Assembly (NCBI GenBank): GCA_028719205.1
Contig: JAQUKH010000028.1
Location: 1-33,708 of the forward strand
Length of the DNA stretch: 33,708 nucleotides
DNA from: a bacterium
GTDB taxonomy: Bacteria > JACRDZ01 > JAQUKH01
Direction: 5' to 3'
The notes below the pieces were generated by a model. It saw only the letters and a program-made list of their open reading frames with translations, had not been told where the DNA came from and did not search any database. Positions 1-8,711 of the stretch are shown in pieces (position 1 is the first letter of the stretch; every line of letters starts with the position of its first letter). The translations under genes and the position numbers were made by a program.

Positions 1-98
1 GTTACGCGTCGGCGTTGATCTTGACAGTTATAATTTTAGTTATCAGCATCGCGTCGAGGATTTTGACAAAGAGGTTTTCAAAACATATTATAAAATAA
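1..98 (+). CDS. pstA: Phosphate ABC transporter permease PstA, 3' end (partial)
   Basis: Frame starting at nt 3 reads YASALILTVIILVISIASRILTKRFSKHIIK* (TAA 96-98), a typical last TM helix of PstA, directly upstream of pstB. Confidence 0.75.
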   Translation, partial: YASALILTVIILVISIASRILTKRFSKHIIK

Positions 99-100
99 TT

Positions 101-162
101 TGTAGGGGCAGACCCGTGTGTCTGCCCAAATAATAGGGCGAACACATGGGTTCGCCCCTACA
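101..162. repeat. REP-like palindromic doublet (GTAG-type, RAYT-associated family)
   Basis: TGTAGGGGCAGACCCGTGTGTCTGCCC...GGGCGAACACATGGGTTCGCCCCTACA: two inverted hairpin units with GTAG ends; related copy at 26259-26327. Confidence 0.85.
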
Positions 163-176
163 CACGGGAAATTACA

Positions 177-1190
177 ATGCAATCTAAAACACACATCAGC
201 GTAAAAGACCTATCAATATGGTACAACGGCCAGCAGGCTTTGAATAACATAACTATTGATATTCCTGATAAAAAGATCACGGCGATTATCGGGCCGTCAG
301 GCTGCGGGAAGACGACTTTGCTTAAATCTTTTAACCGCTTGATTGAATTACGAGAAGGGATAAAAATTCAGGGCGAGGTTTTGGTTGACGGCGAGAATAT
401 TTACGGTCCGGATGTTGAAGTTATGGACCTTAGGAAAAAAATGGGTTATCTTTCCCAGCGTCCGCAGGTGTTACCGATGTCTATCTATGAAAATATTGTT
501 TATGGCCCGAGGCTTTTTGGCATAAAAAATAAAAAGGAACTGGATATAATTGTTGAAAAGTATTTGAAAGAGGCTCATTTATGGGATGAAGTAAAAAACA
601 GGCTGCATAATTCCGCTTCAGGCTTATCAATAGGGCAGCAGCAAAGGCTTTGCCTTGCAAGGGGTTTGGCTGTTGAGCCGGAGGCTATATTGGGAGATGA
701 ACCTACTTCCGCTCTGGATCCGATCTCGTCAAACCGGATCGAGGAACAATTTTTAGAGCTAAAAAATCGTTATACGATCGTGCTGGTTACTCACAGTTTA
801 AGCCAGGCTAAACGGATCGCTGATCATGTAGTATTTTTATATCTTGGAAATTTGGTTGAACACGGCCCGGCGGACGTTATTTTTAAAAATCCGAAATATA
901 TGAAAACACAAAGTTATATTAACGGAAAAGTTATTGAAGAGCCTGATATAGATAAAACCCTGGATTTGAAAGGAACAGTCCTCTCCGGCAATTTTGTGAA
1001 GATAAAACTGGCTTTGGAAGAACTCGAAGCGGGGAAAGTATTAAAAATTATTATTGACGATAATCCTGAAAAATCAGGGATCCTGAATTTTATTGAATTT
1101 GACGGACATAAGGTCCTTGAAATAAAAAGGCTAAACACAAAAGATTGGGAAGTAATTGCCAGGAAACAGGAGCGGGATTATTTTGTTTAA
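177..1190 (+). CDS. pstB: Phosphate ABC transporter ATP-binding protein with C-terminal TusA/SirA-like extension
   Basis: Walker A GPSGCGKT, signature LSIGQQQRLCLAR, DEPTSALDP, H-loop VTH; extra ~80 aa starting KTLDLKG resemble the TusA fold. Confidence 0.9.
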   Translation: MQSKTHISVKDLSIWYNGQQALNNITIDIPDKKITAIIGPSGCGKTTLLKSFNRLIELREGIKIQGEVLVDGENIYGPDVEVMDLRKKMGYLSQRPQVLPMSIYENIVYGPRLFGIKNKKELDIIVEKYLKEAHLWDEVKNRLHNSASGLSIGQQQRLCLARGLAVEPEAILGDEPTSALDPISSNRIEEQFLELKNRYTIVLVTHSLSQAKRIADHVVFLYLGNLVEHGPADVIFKNPKYMKTQSYINGKVIEEPDIDKTLDLKGTVLSGNFVKIKLALEELEAGKVLKIIIDDNPEKSGILNFIEFDGHKVLEIKRLNTKDWEVIARKQERDYFV

Positions 1191-1987
1191 AATTTATTTT
1201 CGCGGGTAAAAATAAAAGCTTTGTGCCAGGAATGATCTTTTAAAAAGCTTGTTCCTGAAAATAAAAGGTCAACCGGTATAGATAAAAATACAGAAATATA
1301 CAGTAACAAATAATATAGCGGAACCGGTATGCCTTTTGAATGCAAGATCAGTTTCTGCTTAATTGGCATTATATCAACCGAATAAGTATTTTTCAAAGAC
1401 GCTCCGGCCTCTTTGAATGCCGATAAATATTCCATTTCACTCCGGATGAACAATATATCGCTGAATGAATTTTTATCGCGGGCCCGGTTGGGGGCTACTT
1501 CCAGAATAAAAATTTTGCCGTTTTTATTGAGCAGCCTGACCATATTACCCACACTTTTTTTAAATTCTTTTTCATCTGTGATATGCTGAAGCACGGTAAC
1601 ACAGGTTATCAGGTCAAAAGTATCCGCGGGAAGTTCTATCTCGGCGATCGCCGCGTTCAGGAAATCCACGTTCTTATCGGCCGGTATTCCGGCAATTTTG
1701 ATCATTTCATTTGATATGTCCGCGCCTGTTACCTTGGCTCCTTTTTGCGCGAGGATACGGCACCACCTGCCTACTCCGCAGCCCAGGTCAAGTACTTTTT
1801 TATTTTTAATATCAATGGAATTAAGCATCTTGTAAAAAACCTTTTTATGTATCAGGTCAATATATTTATTATAAAAATACGGTGAACCATAAGAGCATAT
1901 AGCTTTAAATCCGTTTTGAGAATTGCCGTACTGCTGCGCCCTGTTATCCCAATATTCCTTTTTTATATCAGGCATATTTATATCCAT
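1187..1987 (-). CDS. Class I SAM-dependent methyltransferase
   Basis: Motif I VLDLGCGVG, GADIS, FDLITCVTVLQH; overlaps the GT2 3' end. Confidence 0.85.
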   Translation of the reverse strand: MDINMPDIKKEYWDNRAQQYGNSQNGFKAICSYGSPYFYNKYIDLIHKKVFYKMLNSIDIKNKKVLDLGCGVGRWCRILAQKGAKVTGADISNEMIKIAGIPADKNVDFLNAAIAEIELPADTFDLITCVTVLQHITDEKEFKKSVGNMVRLLNKNGKIFILEVAPNRARDKNSFSDILFIRSEMEYLSAFKEAGASLKNTYSVDIMPIKQKLILHSKGIPVPLYYLLLYISVFLSIPVDLLFSGTSFLKDHSWHKAFIFTRENKF

Positions 1988-3263
1988 CTTCGACCACCTT
2001 TACTCCGAATATTTTTATTGTTATAAAGTTTAGAAAACCCAAAGTTTTTGGGACCAATCCCATATATAAACTATAAAAAGGAAAAAGAGGTAAAATATAG
2101 TAATATTTATTCCTTCTTCTGCGTTCAACAGATATAAGCAGTAAATACATTATCAGCATGCAAAACACATAGAAATACAGGAACAGAGCAGGATTGGTGA
2201 AATAATAGTCCGGGATCAAATTAAGGCCTGCCAAGTTATCAAAGAAATTTAAAAAGGAAACTGCGAGGAGAACAATTGAAAGCATTCTTAGGGGATGAAA
2301 AATAACCGATATGAAAATGTTATAAATTATGTATTGGTAGATCGAATAAAATTTCCTGGGTAAAAATCTTAACTGGCCGGCCATAAGGGTATCGATTTTA
2401 ATTAATGAAAAATCCCATCCCATCCTCTGTTGTGTAAGATCCTTTAAAGTCTTTCTTTGTTTCGTTAATACGCTTAACCGCCCGTCATAATAAATATGCC
2501 CGCCGCTTGTTAATATCCGCAAAGATGTTTCATAATCTTCTCCATATACGCTTTGGCTGTGTTTGGATAAAACGGATTCAAGAAAGCCGCGCTTAAAAAA
2601 AGCGAAAGCGCCGGAGATAACGGTGAGTTCTTCCATGGATTTTTTTGCCAATCCCATGGAAATTTTATATTCAAAGTTCTGAAGCCGCTCTAAGATCGAA
2701 TTCCCTTCCACCAGAATTCTTACAGCGCAAGCGTCAAAGGAAGAATTTTGAAAATTATTTAAAACCTCATCAAAATCAGATATTTTTTTATTATGTTCCT
2801 TAGGATTTAAATTCAGTATCGCTGAATCCGGATCCATTACGATCACTGTATAGATCCTTTCCGGCAGTTTTTTTAGTCCATTAAGTATGCTTGCCGGCTT
2901 TTGTAAATTATGTTCATTTGTAATAAAAGGAATGCCGCGTTCTTTTAAGAGAGCGGCGGTATTATCACTGGAAGCATCATCAATAATTAATATATTTTGA
3001 TAACCGAAAGGTTTTATATTTTTAACAAAGTTTTCGAATGTCTTTGAAATATTATAAACAGAAATAATAACCTTGTATGAATTTAACCCGGAGGCATTTG
3101 CCCCGTTTTTATTCCGCGCATTTTCTTTTTTTACGGAGGTTGGCAGCATGGAATTACCTTCTTTGGTATTTTTTTTCCGGTAGATCAATTTTATTATAAA
3201 ATCAACTGAATCTATCAGCGGGATATACAGCCCTATAACGAGTGCTAATATTATTTTTACCAT
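1968..3263 (-). CDS. Processive membrane GT2 glycosyltransferase (PgaC/IcaA/YaiP-like polysaccharide synthase)
   Basis: IIDDASSD, VMDPDS (DxD), GEDY (TED-like), QQRMGW (QxxRW-like); N-terminal TM and several C-terminal TM helices. Confidence 0.8.
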   Translation of the reverse strand: MVKIILALVIGLYIPLIDSVDFIIKLIYRKKNTKEGNSMLPTSVKKENARNKNGANASGLNSYKVIISVYNISKTFENFVKNIKPFGYQNILIIDDASSDNTAALLKERGIPFITNEHNLQKPASILNGLKKLPERIYTVIVMDPDSAILNLNPKEHNKKISDFDEVLNNFQNSSFDACAVRILVEGNSILERLQNFEYKISMGLAKKSMEELTVISGAFAFFKRGFLESVLSKHSQSVYGEDYETSLRILTSGGHIYYDGRLSVLTKQRKTLKDLTQQRMGWDFSLIKIDTLMAGQLRFLPRKFYSIYQYIIYNIFISVIFHPLRMLSIVLLAVSFLNFFDNLAGLNLIPDYYFTNPALFLYFYVFCMLIMYLLLISVERRRRNKYYYILPLFPFYSLYMGLVPKTLGFLNFITIKIFGVKVVEDGYKYA

Positions 3264-4060
3264 GTGTGTATAAATCCTATTCCAATAACTTCCTGCTCGG
3301 CGTTAATTGGTTTTTTACGTTTTTGAAAGCTGATGTCAGCTGTCAGCCACCAGTCTTTTTTAATATTCATTTTCCAGAGCGCGGCAAAAGTATCGGCCCT
3401 GAATTTCCCTAATTCTTCCACGACAAGATATGATTCAGAATTATTAATATACATAAATCCAAATTCATGGCGGGAAGAAAGAAAATAATCCGCTTTTAAA
3501 AGAAAGGAATTATTTGATACCGATAAAGAATTGACATCAAAAGTTGTAACGGCATGAAAGACCTTTACATGTAAATTAACTTTCGGTAAAGAAAAATCTG
3601 TCGCCCCTAAAGAATATATGTGTACATGGGCATCTTCAAAAATATTAGACTTATATCCGAAATGAAGAATATTTTTGCTTTTCAAATTATAGGTTAATTC
3701 CGTATCGGAGAACAATTTAGGGAAGGTCCATTTGTTTGAAGAAAAACCCAGGGTTTCTCTTAAAGCGAATTTATCGTCAAGTTTAAAAGAGCCGCCGATT
3801 TCCTGTAAACTTTCATTTGTCTTGAATTTATCCTGATAGGTAATTTGGGCAAAAAGAATGATATCTTTTAATTTCCTGTCAATAAATAACAGTGAGGTTC
3901 CCTTGGTTCCGCTGGTGCCGAAAGAATAGTTTTCCAGAAAATATCTGTTTTGGATTTCATAATATTTTTCTTCAGCAGTAAATACCGTTGAGAAAAGCAG
4001 TATTAATAAAATCATAGATATAATTATGATATAAACATTTTTTTTAAACATTTTGTTCAA
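3257..4060 (-). CDS. Outer-membrane beta-barrel protein, YaiO-like
   Basis: Signal peptide, alternating amphipathic beta-strands, C-terminal IGIGFIHTW beta-signal; adjacent to a GT2 as in yaiO/yaiP. Confidence 0.65.
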   Translation of the reverse strand: MNKMFKKNVYIIIISMILLILLFSTVFTAEEKYYEIQNRYFLENYSFGTSGTKGTSLLFIDRKLKDIILFAQITYQDKFKTNESLQEIGGSFKLDDKFALRETLGFSSNKWTFPKLFSDTELTYNLKSKNILHFGYKSNIFEDAHVHIYSLGATDFSLPKVNLHVKVFHAVTTFDVNSLSVSNNSFLLKADYFLSSRHEFGFMYINNSESYLVVEELGKFRADTFAALWKMNIKKDWWLTADISFQKRKKPINAEQEVIGIGFIHTW

Positions 4061-5609
4061 CCATTGTTAATATCTTATTTTTAAAATATTCAGGTGAATT
4101 AGCTAACCTCACCGGATAAGCCTCGGTAACAGACATTATATACAGCAAAGAACGGAGGCGTGAAGGGAAATACTCAACGTTATATTTATTTTTAAAATAG
4201 GTGATATTGTTTTGCATAATTTTATCTGTTATCTGGATGAAATCCTGGAGTTCTTTTGACCTAGGCTGGATACTGATGCCCCGAAGTAATTTATTTTTGG
4301 TTAAAGGGATCTGTATATTTTTGTATAAAATCAGGTCCTGCAGACCGGGGTCCTGTGTCATTTTAGATCCGGCAAACGGGATAACTGACGGATAGATAGA
4401 AACCTCACAGCCTTTTTCCAAATATTCGATACATTTACTTAAAGTAAGGAAAACATCGTTAAAAGAACAGTCCGGGGATATTAAAATTATATCTAGAAAG
4501 GGTTTTATTCCAACCTCTAAACTGATATTTAATATTTTATCAATTTTATTATAAATTGTTTCTTTGTTGTATTCTTTTAAAGTATTTATTGAAAAAGATT
4601 CAACGCCGTAACCTATCAGCCTGAATCCGGCTGATTTCATCAGTTTCAGGTCATTCTCATCCAAAGAATCTATCCTGCAGGAAGCGATAAAAGTAAGATC
4701 TTCAGGGATCAAATTATCTTTTTTGCACTTGATTATATCCTCGAAAATGTTAGGATTCCTTTTTTCCCCTCTAAGAACAAAAATATCATCCTGAAAAATT
4801 ATTGTTTTAACAGAAGGATATTGACTGGTTATTTTGGTTAACATCAATATTATATCCTTTGAGGTCAACCTTACTAATTTTGCTTTATGGCAGTTATTTG
4901 CAAAACTTAAAAAGTTGGTATAGCAGCAAAAAGAACAATTCATCGGGCAGTAATTCGAGGTCATTAACCTGATACTGTTAACTTCGCGGAGATGATAAGT
5001 ATTTTCCTTAAGGAGAGAATTATCCATATGGGAAATAGCCTTTATTTTATGCCAATAAGCCGTGACAGGGATTTCCTGATAAGGAATACTGAAAGTGGCA
5101 AGCTTAAATAGTTCATAATCCAGAGGGATATTGTGATTCCTGATGAATATTCCGGATTCTTTATAAACTAAACCGGGTGTATGTTTGTTGACAACTCCAT
5201 TAATTTTTAATGAAGTACAAATATTTAGTAAAGGGATTTCTCCTTCGCCCATGACACAATAATCCAGGGAAGAATTATTTAATACTGTTTCATATTCAAA
5301 CGTCGCTCCAATTCCTCCTCCTATACAAATAATATTTTTATATTGCGATTTTACTAAATTGATCAGTGAAAGGTCATAAGGCAAAGTCATGCTTGTAATG
5401 GAAAAACCTATGATCTTTGGATTATAATATTTGACCATTGACATAAGGGTCTGGTAAGGATCTAAGTACAGGTTAGGGTCAAAAACAGCGCATTTTATTC
5501 CATAGTTCCTGACAAATCCGCAGATCCTCCATATGCCTAATGGCGGGGCAATAAATGACTGATTTCCTTTAAGGGGATCATATGGGCCTACCAAAAGAAC
5601 GTCCAGCAT
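4044..5609 (-). CDS. B12-binding domain radical SAM protein
   Basis: PPLGIWRI and IGGGIGAT cobalamin-binding N-domain; CPMNCSFC motif; IGYGVES. ATG at 5609 follows a GGAG RBS; the longer 5636 start lies inside the terminator. Confidence 0.85.
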   Translation of the reverse strand: MLDVLLVGPYDPLKGNQSFIAPPLGIWRICGFVRNYGIKCAVFDPNLYLDPYQTLMSMVKYYNPKIIGFSITSMTLPYDLSLINLVKSQYKNIICIGGGIGATFEYETVLNNSSLDYCVMGEGEIPLLNICTSLKINGVVNKHTPGLVYKESGIFIRNHNIPLDYELFKLATFSIPYQEIPVTAYWHKIKAISHMDNSLLKENTYHLREVNSIRLMTSNYCPMNCSFCCYTNFLSFANNCHKAKLVRLTSKDIILMLTKITSQYPSVKTIIFQDDIFVLRGEKRNPNIFEDIIKCKKDNLIPEDLTFIASCRIDSLDENDLKLMKSAGFRLIGYGVESFSINTLKEYNKETIYNKIDKILNISLEVGIKPFLDIILISPDCSFNDVFLTLSKCIEYLEKGCEVSIYPSVIPFAGSKMTQDPGLQDLILYKNIQIPLTKNKLLRGISIQPRSKELQDFIQITDKIMQNNITYFKNKYNVEYFPSRLRSLLYIMSVTEAYPVRLANSPEYFKNKILTMVEQNV

Positions 5610-5620
5610 TGGGTATCTCC

Positions 5621-5664
5621 AAAATAAAAAAGTCACTTAAGTTTAAAAACCTAAGTGACTTTTG
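5621..5664 (-). terminator. Intrinsic terminator/attenuator in the 5' leader of the radical SAM-GT2 operon
   Basis: Minus strand AGTCACTTAGGTTT-TT-AAACTTAAGTGACT followed by a T-tract (TTTTTATTTT), immediately upstream of the RBS. Confidence 0.8.
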
Positions 5665-5690
5665 TCCTTGAAAAACGACTCCTGTCCTTA
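5654..5690 (-). promoter_or_regulatory. Tandem leader motif (GGRCADRAGYCRYTT x2) overlapping the terminator
   Basis: Minus strand TAAGGACAGGAGTCGTTTTTCAAGGACAAAAGTCACT; matches the leader at 7854-7889. Confidence 0.6.
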
Positions 5691-5737
5691 TTTTTGCTGA
5701 CAGATCAATATATTTATCAGAGCATTTACTTAAATCA

Positions 5738-5766
5738 ATGCTATTCCTCTTTTTTTAGTTTGTCAA
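5738..5766 (-). promoter_or_regulatory. Sigma70-type promoter of the minus-strand operon
   Basis: TTGACA (5766-5761), 17 bp spacer, TAGCAT (5743-5738). Confidence 0.65.
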
Positions 5767-5806
5767 TATCTATTTATTATCTATTTATCATCAAGGATAA
5801 TACTTA

Positions 5807-5835
5807 TTGAAATAGATCCTGAATTAAAGTATAGT
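5807..5835 (+). promoter_or_regulatory. Sigma70-type promoter of glgB
   Basis: TTGAAA, 17 bp spacer, TATAGT ending 9 nt before the ATG. Confidence 0.5.
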
Positions 5836-5844
5836 ATTCTTACT

Positions 5845-7758
5845 ATGGACAACGAAATAAGCCTGTTTACGGATTATGATATTCATCTTTTTAAAGAAGG
5901 CAATCATTTTACCATTTATGAAAAATTGGGTTCGCATCTGATGAAGGTAAATGGTGTTGAAGGAGCCTATTTCGCGTTATGGGCGCCTAACGCTGTGAAA
6001 GTTTTTGTTATCGGTGATTTTAACGCGTGGAATACCAACGCGAATCTGATGTCCTTAAGAAAAGACGGATCCGGTATCTGGGAAATTTTTATACCGAATG
6101 TGGTAAAAGGCGCTGTATATAAATATCATATTGTTTCCAAATACCGTAATTATAAAGTCAATAAAGGAGACCCTTACGCGTTTTACTGGGAAGTGCCTTC
6201 AAAGACCGCGTCGCGTGTCTGGGATCTGGATTACAAATGGAATGATGCGTCATGGATGAAAGACAGGATCCATCACAATAGTTTAAACGCGCCTATTTCG
6301 ATCTATGAAGTTCACCTTGGTTCATGGAGAAGGGTCCCTGAAGAAAAAAACCGGTTTTTAACCTACCGTGAAATGGCGACTATTTTAACTGATTATATTA
6401 AGGCAATGGGATTCACGCATGTCGAGTTTTTACCTGTTATGGAACATCCGCTTTACCGTTCATGGGGGTATCAGACCGTCGGATATTTCGCGCCAACGAG
6501 CCGTTACGGCACACCGCAGGATTTCATGTTCCTTGTTGATTATCTGCATCAGAATAATATTGCCGTAATACTGGATTGGGTGCCGTCGCATTTTCCGTCG
6601 GATGAACACGGGCTTTCATATTTTGACGGGACGCATCTTTATGAACATGAAGACCGGCGGAAAGGTTTTCATCCGGATTGGAAGACCCATATTTTTAATT
6701 ATGGAAGAGGAGAGGTTTGGAATTTTCTTATCAGTAACGCGTTATTCTGGCTGAAGAATTATCATATTGACGGGATCAGAGTGGACGCGGTAGCGTCGAT
6801 GCTGTATCTTGATTATTCACGCAAAGAAGGCGAGTGGATCCCGAATAAATACGGGGGCAGGGAGAACATCGAAGCGATAGATTTTATCAAGCGGTTCAAT
6901 GAGGTTATTTACGGTAATGTAGAAGGGGTCCAGACTTTCGCGGAAGAATCAACGGCTTGGGGTATGGTATCGCGCCCTGTGCATGTCGGCGGATTGGGCT
7001 TCGGGATGAAGTGGAACATGGGCTGGATGCACGATACGCTTGAATATTTTAAGAAAGATCCGCTTCACCGGAAGCATCACCAGAACGATATCACATTCAG
7101 TATGTGGTATGCCTTTACCGAGAATTTTCTGCTTCCGTTTTCTCACGATGAGGTAGTTCACGGAAAGGGTTCGCTTTTTGGAAAAATGTCCGGAATAGAC
7201 ACCTGGCAGAAATTCGCGAATTTAAGGCTTTTGTTCGGATTTATGTATATGCATCCCGGCAAGAAACTTTTGTTTATGGGTGATGAGATCGCCCAGTGGA
7301 AGGAATGGGATGAGGCGCACAGCCTGGAATGGGATGTCCTTAAATATCCCGATCACCAGGGGATCAGGATGTGGGTCCGCGATCTTAATTATTTTTACAG
7401 GAATGAACCTGCGATGTATGAACTTGATTTTGAACTTGCCGGTTTTAAATGGGTGGATTTCCATGATGTGAATAACAGCATATTAAGTTTCTTGAGAATG
7501 GGGAAAACCACTGACGATAAAATACTCGTGATCTGTAATTTTACGCCTGTCATCCGGCATGATTACAAAGTCGGAGTGCCGGAGGATGGATTCTGGAAAG
7601 AGGTATTGAACAGCGACGCGAAATGTTACGGAGGCAGTAACCAGGGAAATATGGGGGGCGTTGAGGCGGTTGAATTCAATATGAATAATATGGATCATTC
7701 CATTTCCGTAACCCTGCCGCCGCTGGGGGTTGTGGTATTTAAAAAAGAGGCTGAATAA
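5845..7758 (+). CDS. glgB: 1,4-alpha-glucan branching enzyme (GH13)
   Basis: [64 protein letters not shown]. Confidence 0.97.
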   Translation: MDNEISLFTDYDIHLFKEGNHFTIYEKLGSHLMKVNGVEGAYFALWAPNAVKVFVIGDFNAWNTNANLMSLRKDGSGIWEIFIPNVVKGAVYKYHIVSKYRNYKVNKGDPYAFYWEVPSKTASRVWDLDYKWNDASWMKDRIHHNSLNAPISIYEVHLGSWRRVPEEKNRFLTYREMATILTDYIKAMGFTHVEFLPVMEHPLYRSWGYQTVGYFAPTSRYGTPQDFMFLVDYLHQNNIAVILDWVPSHFPSDEHGLSYFDGTHLYEHEDRRKGFHPDWKTHIFNYGRGEVWNFLISNALFWLKNYHIDGIRVDAVASMLYLDYSRKEGEWIPNKYGGRENIEAIDFIKRFNEVIYGNVEGVQTFAEESTAWGMVSRPVHVGGLGFGMKWNMGWMHDTLEYFKKDPLHRKHHQNDITFSMWYAFTENFLLPFSHDEVVHGKGSLFGKMSGIDTWQKFANLRLLFGFMYMHPGKKLLFMGDEIAQWKEWDEAHSLEWDVLKYPDHQGIRMWVRDLNYFYRNEPAMYELDFELAGFKWVDFHDVNNSILSFLRMGKTTDDKILVICNFTPVIRHDYKVGVPEDGFWKEVLNSDAKCYGGSNQGNMGGVEAVEFNMNNMDHSISVTLPPLGVVVFKKEAE

Positions 7759-7774
7759 AAATTTAAAAAAAGAC

Positions 7775-7802
7775 TTGACAAACAGAAAAAAAGTATTATT
7801 AT
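7775..7802 (+). promoter_or_regulatory. Sigma70-type promoter of the pilus-like operon
   Basis: TTGACA (7775-7780), 16 bp spacer, TATTAT (7797-7802), A-rich UP-like sequence upstream. Confidence 0.55.
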
Positions 7803-7853
7803 CAAATTATAGTTTTAAGAGTATTTTTTTTAAACTTCGATTTTTAGATCTCT

Positions 7854-7889
7854 GAGGGGCAAGAGTCATTTAAGGACATAAGCCGCTTG
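7854..7889 (+). promoter_or_regulatory. Tandem leader motif (GGRCADRAGYCRYTT x2) overlapping the terminator
   Basis: GAGGGGCAAGAGTCATTTAAGGACATAAGCCGCTT; matches the minus-strand leader at 5654-5690. Confidence 0.6.
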
Positions 7890-7926
7890 TTATACTGAAA
7901 AGTATAATAAGCGGCTTTTTTATTTT
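7880..7926 (+). terminator. Intrinsic terminator/attenuator upstream of the pilin gene
   Basis: AAGCCGCTTGTTATACT-GAAA-AGTATAATAAGCGGCTT then a T-tract; 17-bp stem with GNRA loop. Confidence 0.85.
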
Positions 7927-8059
7927 CAGGAAAAAAGGAGGTGAATAAAATAGTTATTCTTTTAATGTTTTATGTTGCTTATTCTATTTGAGATTGGCAT
8001 TAAAAGCTGTGGGGAAAGTTTTATTTACTTTTAATTAGAAATATATAAAGGAGTCAAAA

Positions 8060-8647
8060 ATGAAAAAAAGTATATTATTACTTGCAGCTTTTACGTTTTT
8101 GGTGGTATGTAATTCCTTTGCCGTGGCAGATATGACCGATAACGCGGCAGCCCATGTTTTTTTAAATATAGTTCCAAACATTGCTGTAACAGCTACTGAT
8201 GCTAATGTGGCAGCCCAAAGCTTACAGACAGGAGCAGTGCTGGTTCCTATTTCCTTCAGAGTTGATGCTAATACGGAAGCAGTTGATCTGTCTGTATTAG
8301 TTACTAATCTCTATAAAGGGAATGATCCAGCCGGAACCGAAGTGGCTCCAATTCTTCCTGCCGGTGGAGGCGTGCAAATTGACCCGGATAATGCTAACGA
8401 AATGGGCGGTGGTGACGGTTTTGCTGAGTTCGTTACAGGCGGCAGTTACACAAATGAAAAGGGAACTTTTGAGGGCATGCAAACTCAGGAAGTTATATTT
8501 GAAAGCTCTCAAAATGGCCATTTCAGCCAGAATGTCGAAGTTATTCCTTCATGGAGTAATGAAGACAATGAAAAACCTGTAGGCCAATACAGTGGTTATG
8601 TTATACTGTATAGTGCGGTTGTTGGTGCTTCACAGCCAGGGTATTAA
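8060..8647 (+). CDS. Secreted putative major pilin (alternative chaperone-usher type)
   Basis: AAGGAG RBS, Sec signal peptide, beta-rich body, N-terminal alternating strand AHVFLNIVP, C-terminal PVGQYSGYVIL like the GxYSGxV end of CS1/CfaB-type pilins. Confidence 0.6.
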   Translation: MKKSILLLAAFTFLVVCNSFAVADMTDNAAAHVFLNIVPNIAVTATDANVAAQSLQTGAVLVPISFRVDANTEAVDLSVLVTNLYKGNDPAGTEVAPILPAGGGVQIDPDNANEMGGGDGFAEFVTGGSYTNEKGTFEGMQTQEVIFESSQNGHFSQNVEVIPSWSNEDNEKPVGQYSGYVILYSAVVGASQPGY

Positions 8648-8711
8648 TTAACGTGTTTACCCTGGATAAGAACAGTGATTAATGCCAATCTCTTTTTTAT
8701 CTGGATATATT

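Noticed and set aside
5610-5636. Extended start of the radical SAM ORF given in the track
   Set aside because: It begins inside the terminator stem; ATG 5609 has a proper GGAG RBS
7854-7890. c-di-GMP-I riboswitch
   Set aside because: GGCAA...GGAC...AAGCC resembles it only superficially; the P2 GNRA hairpin and P3 receptor are missing
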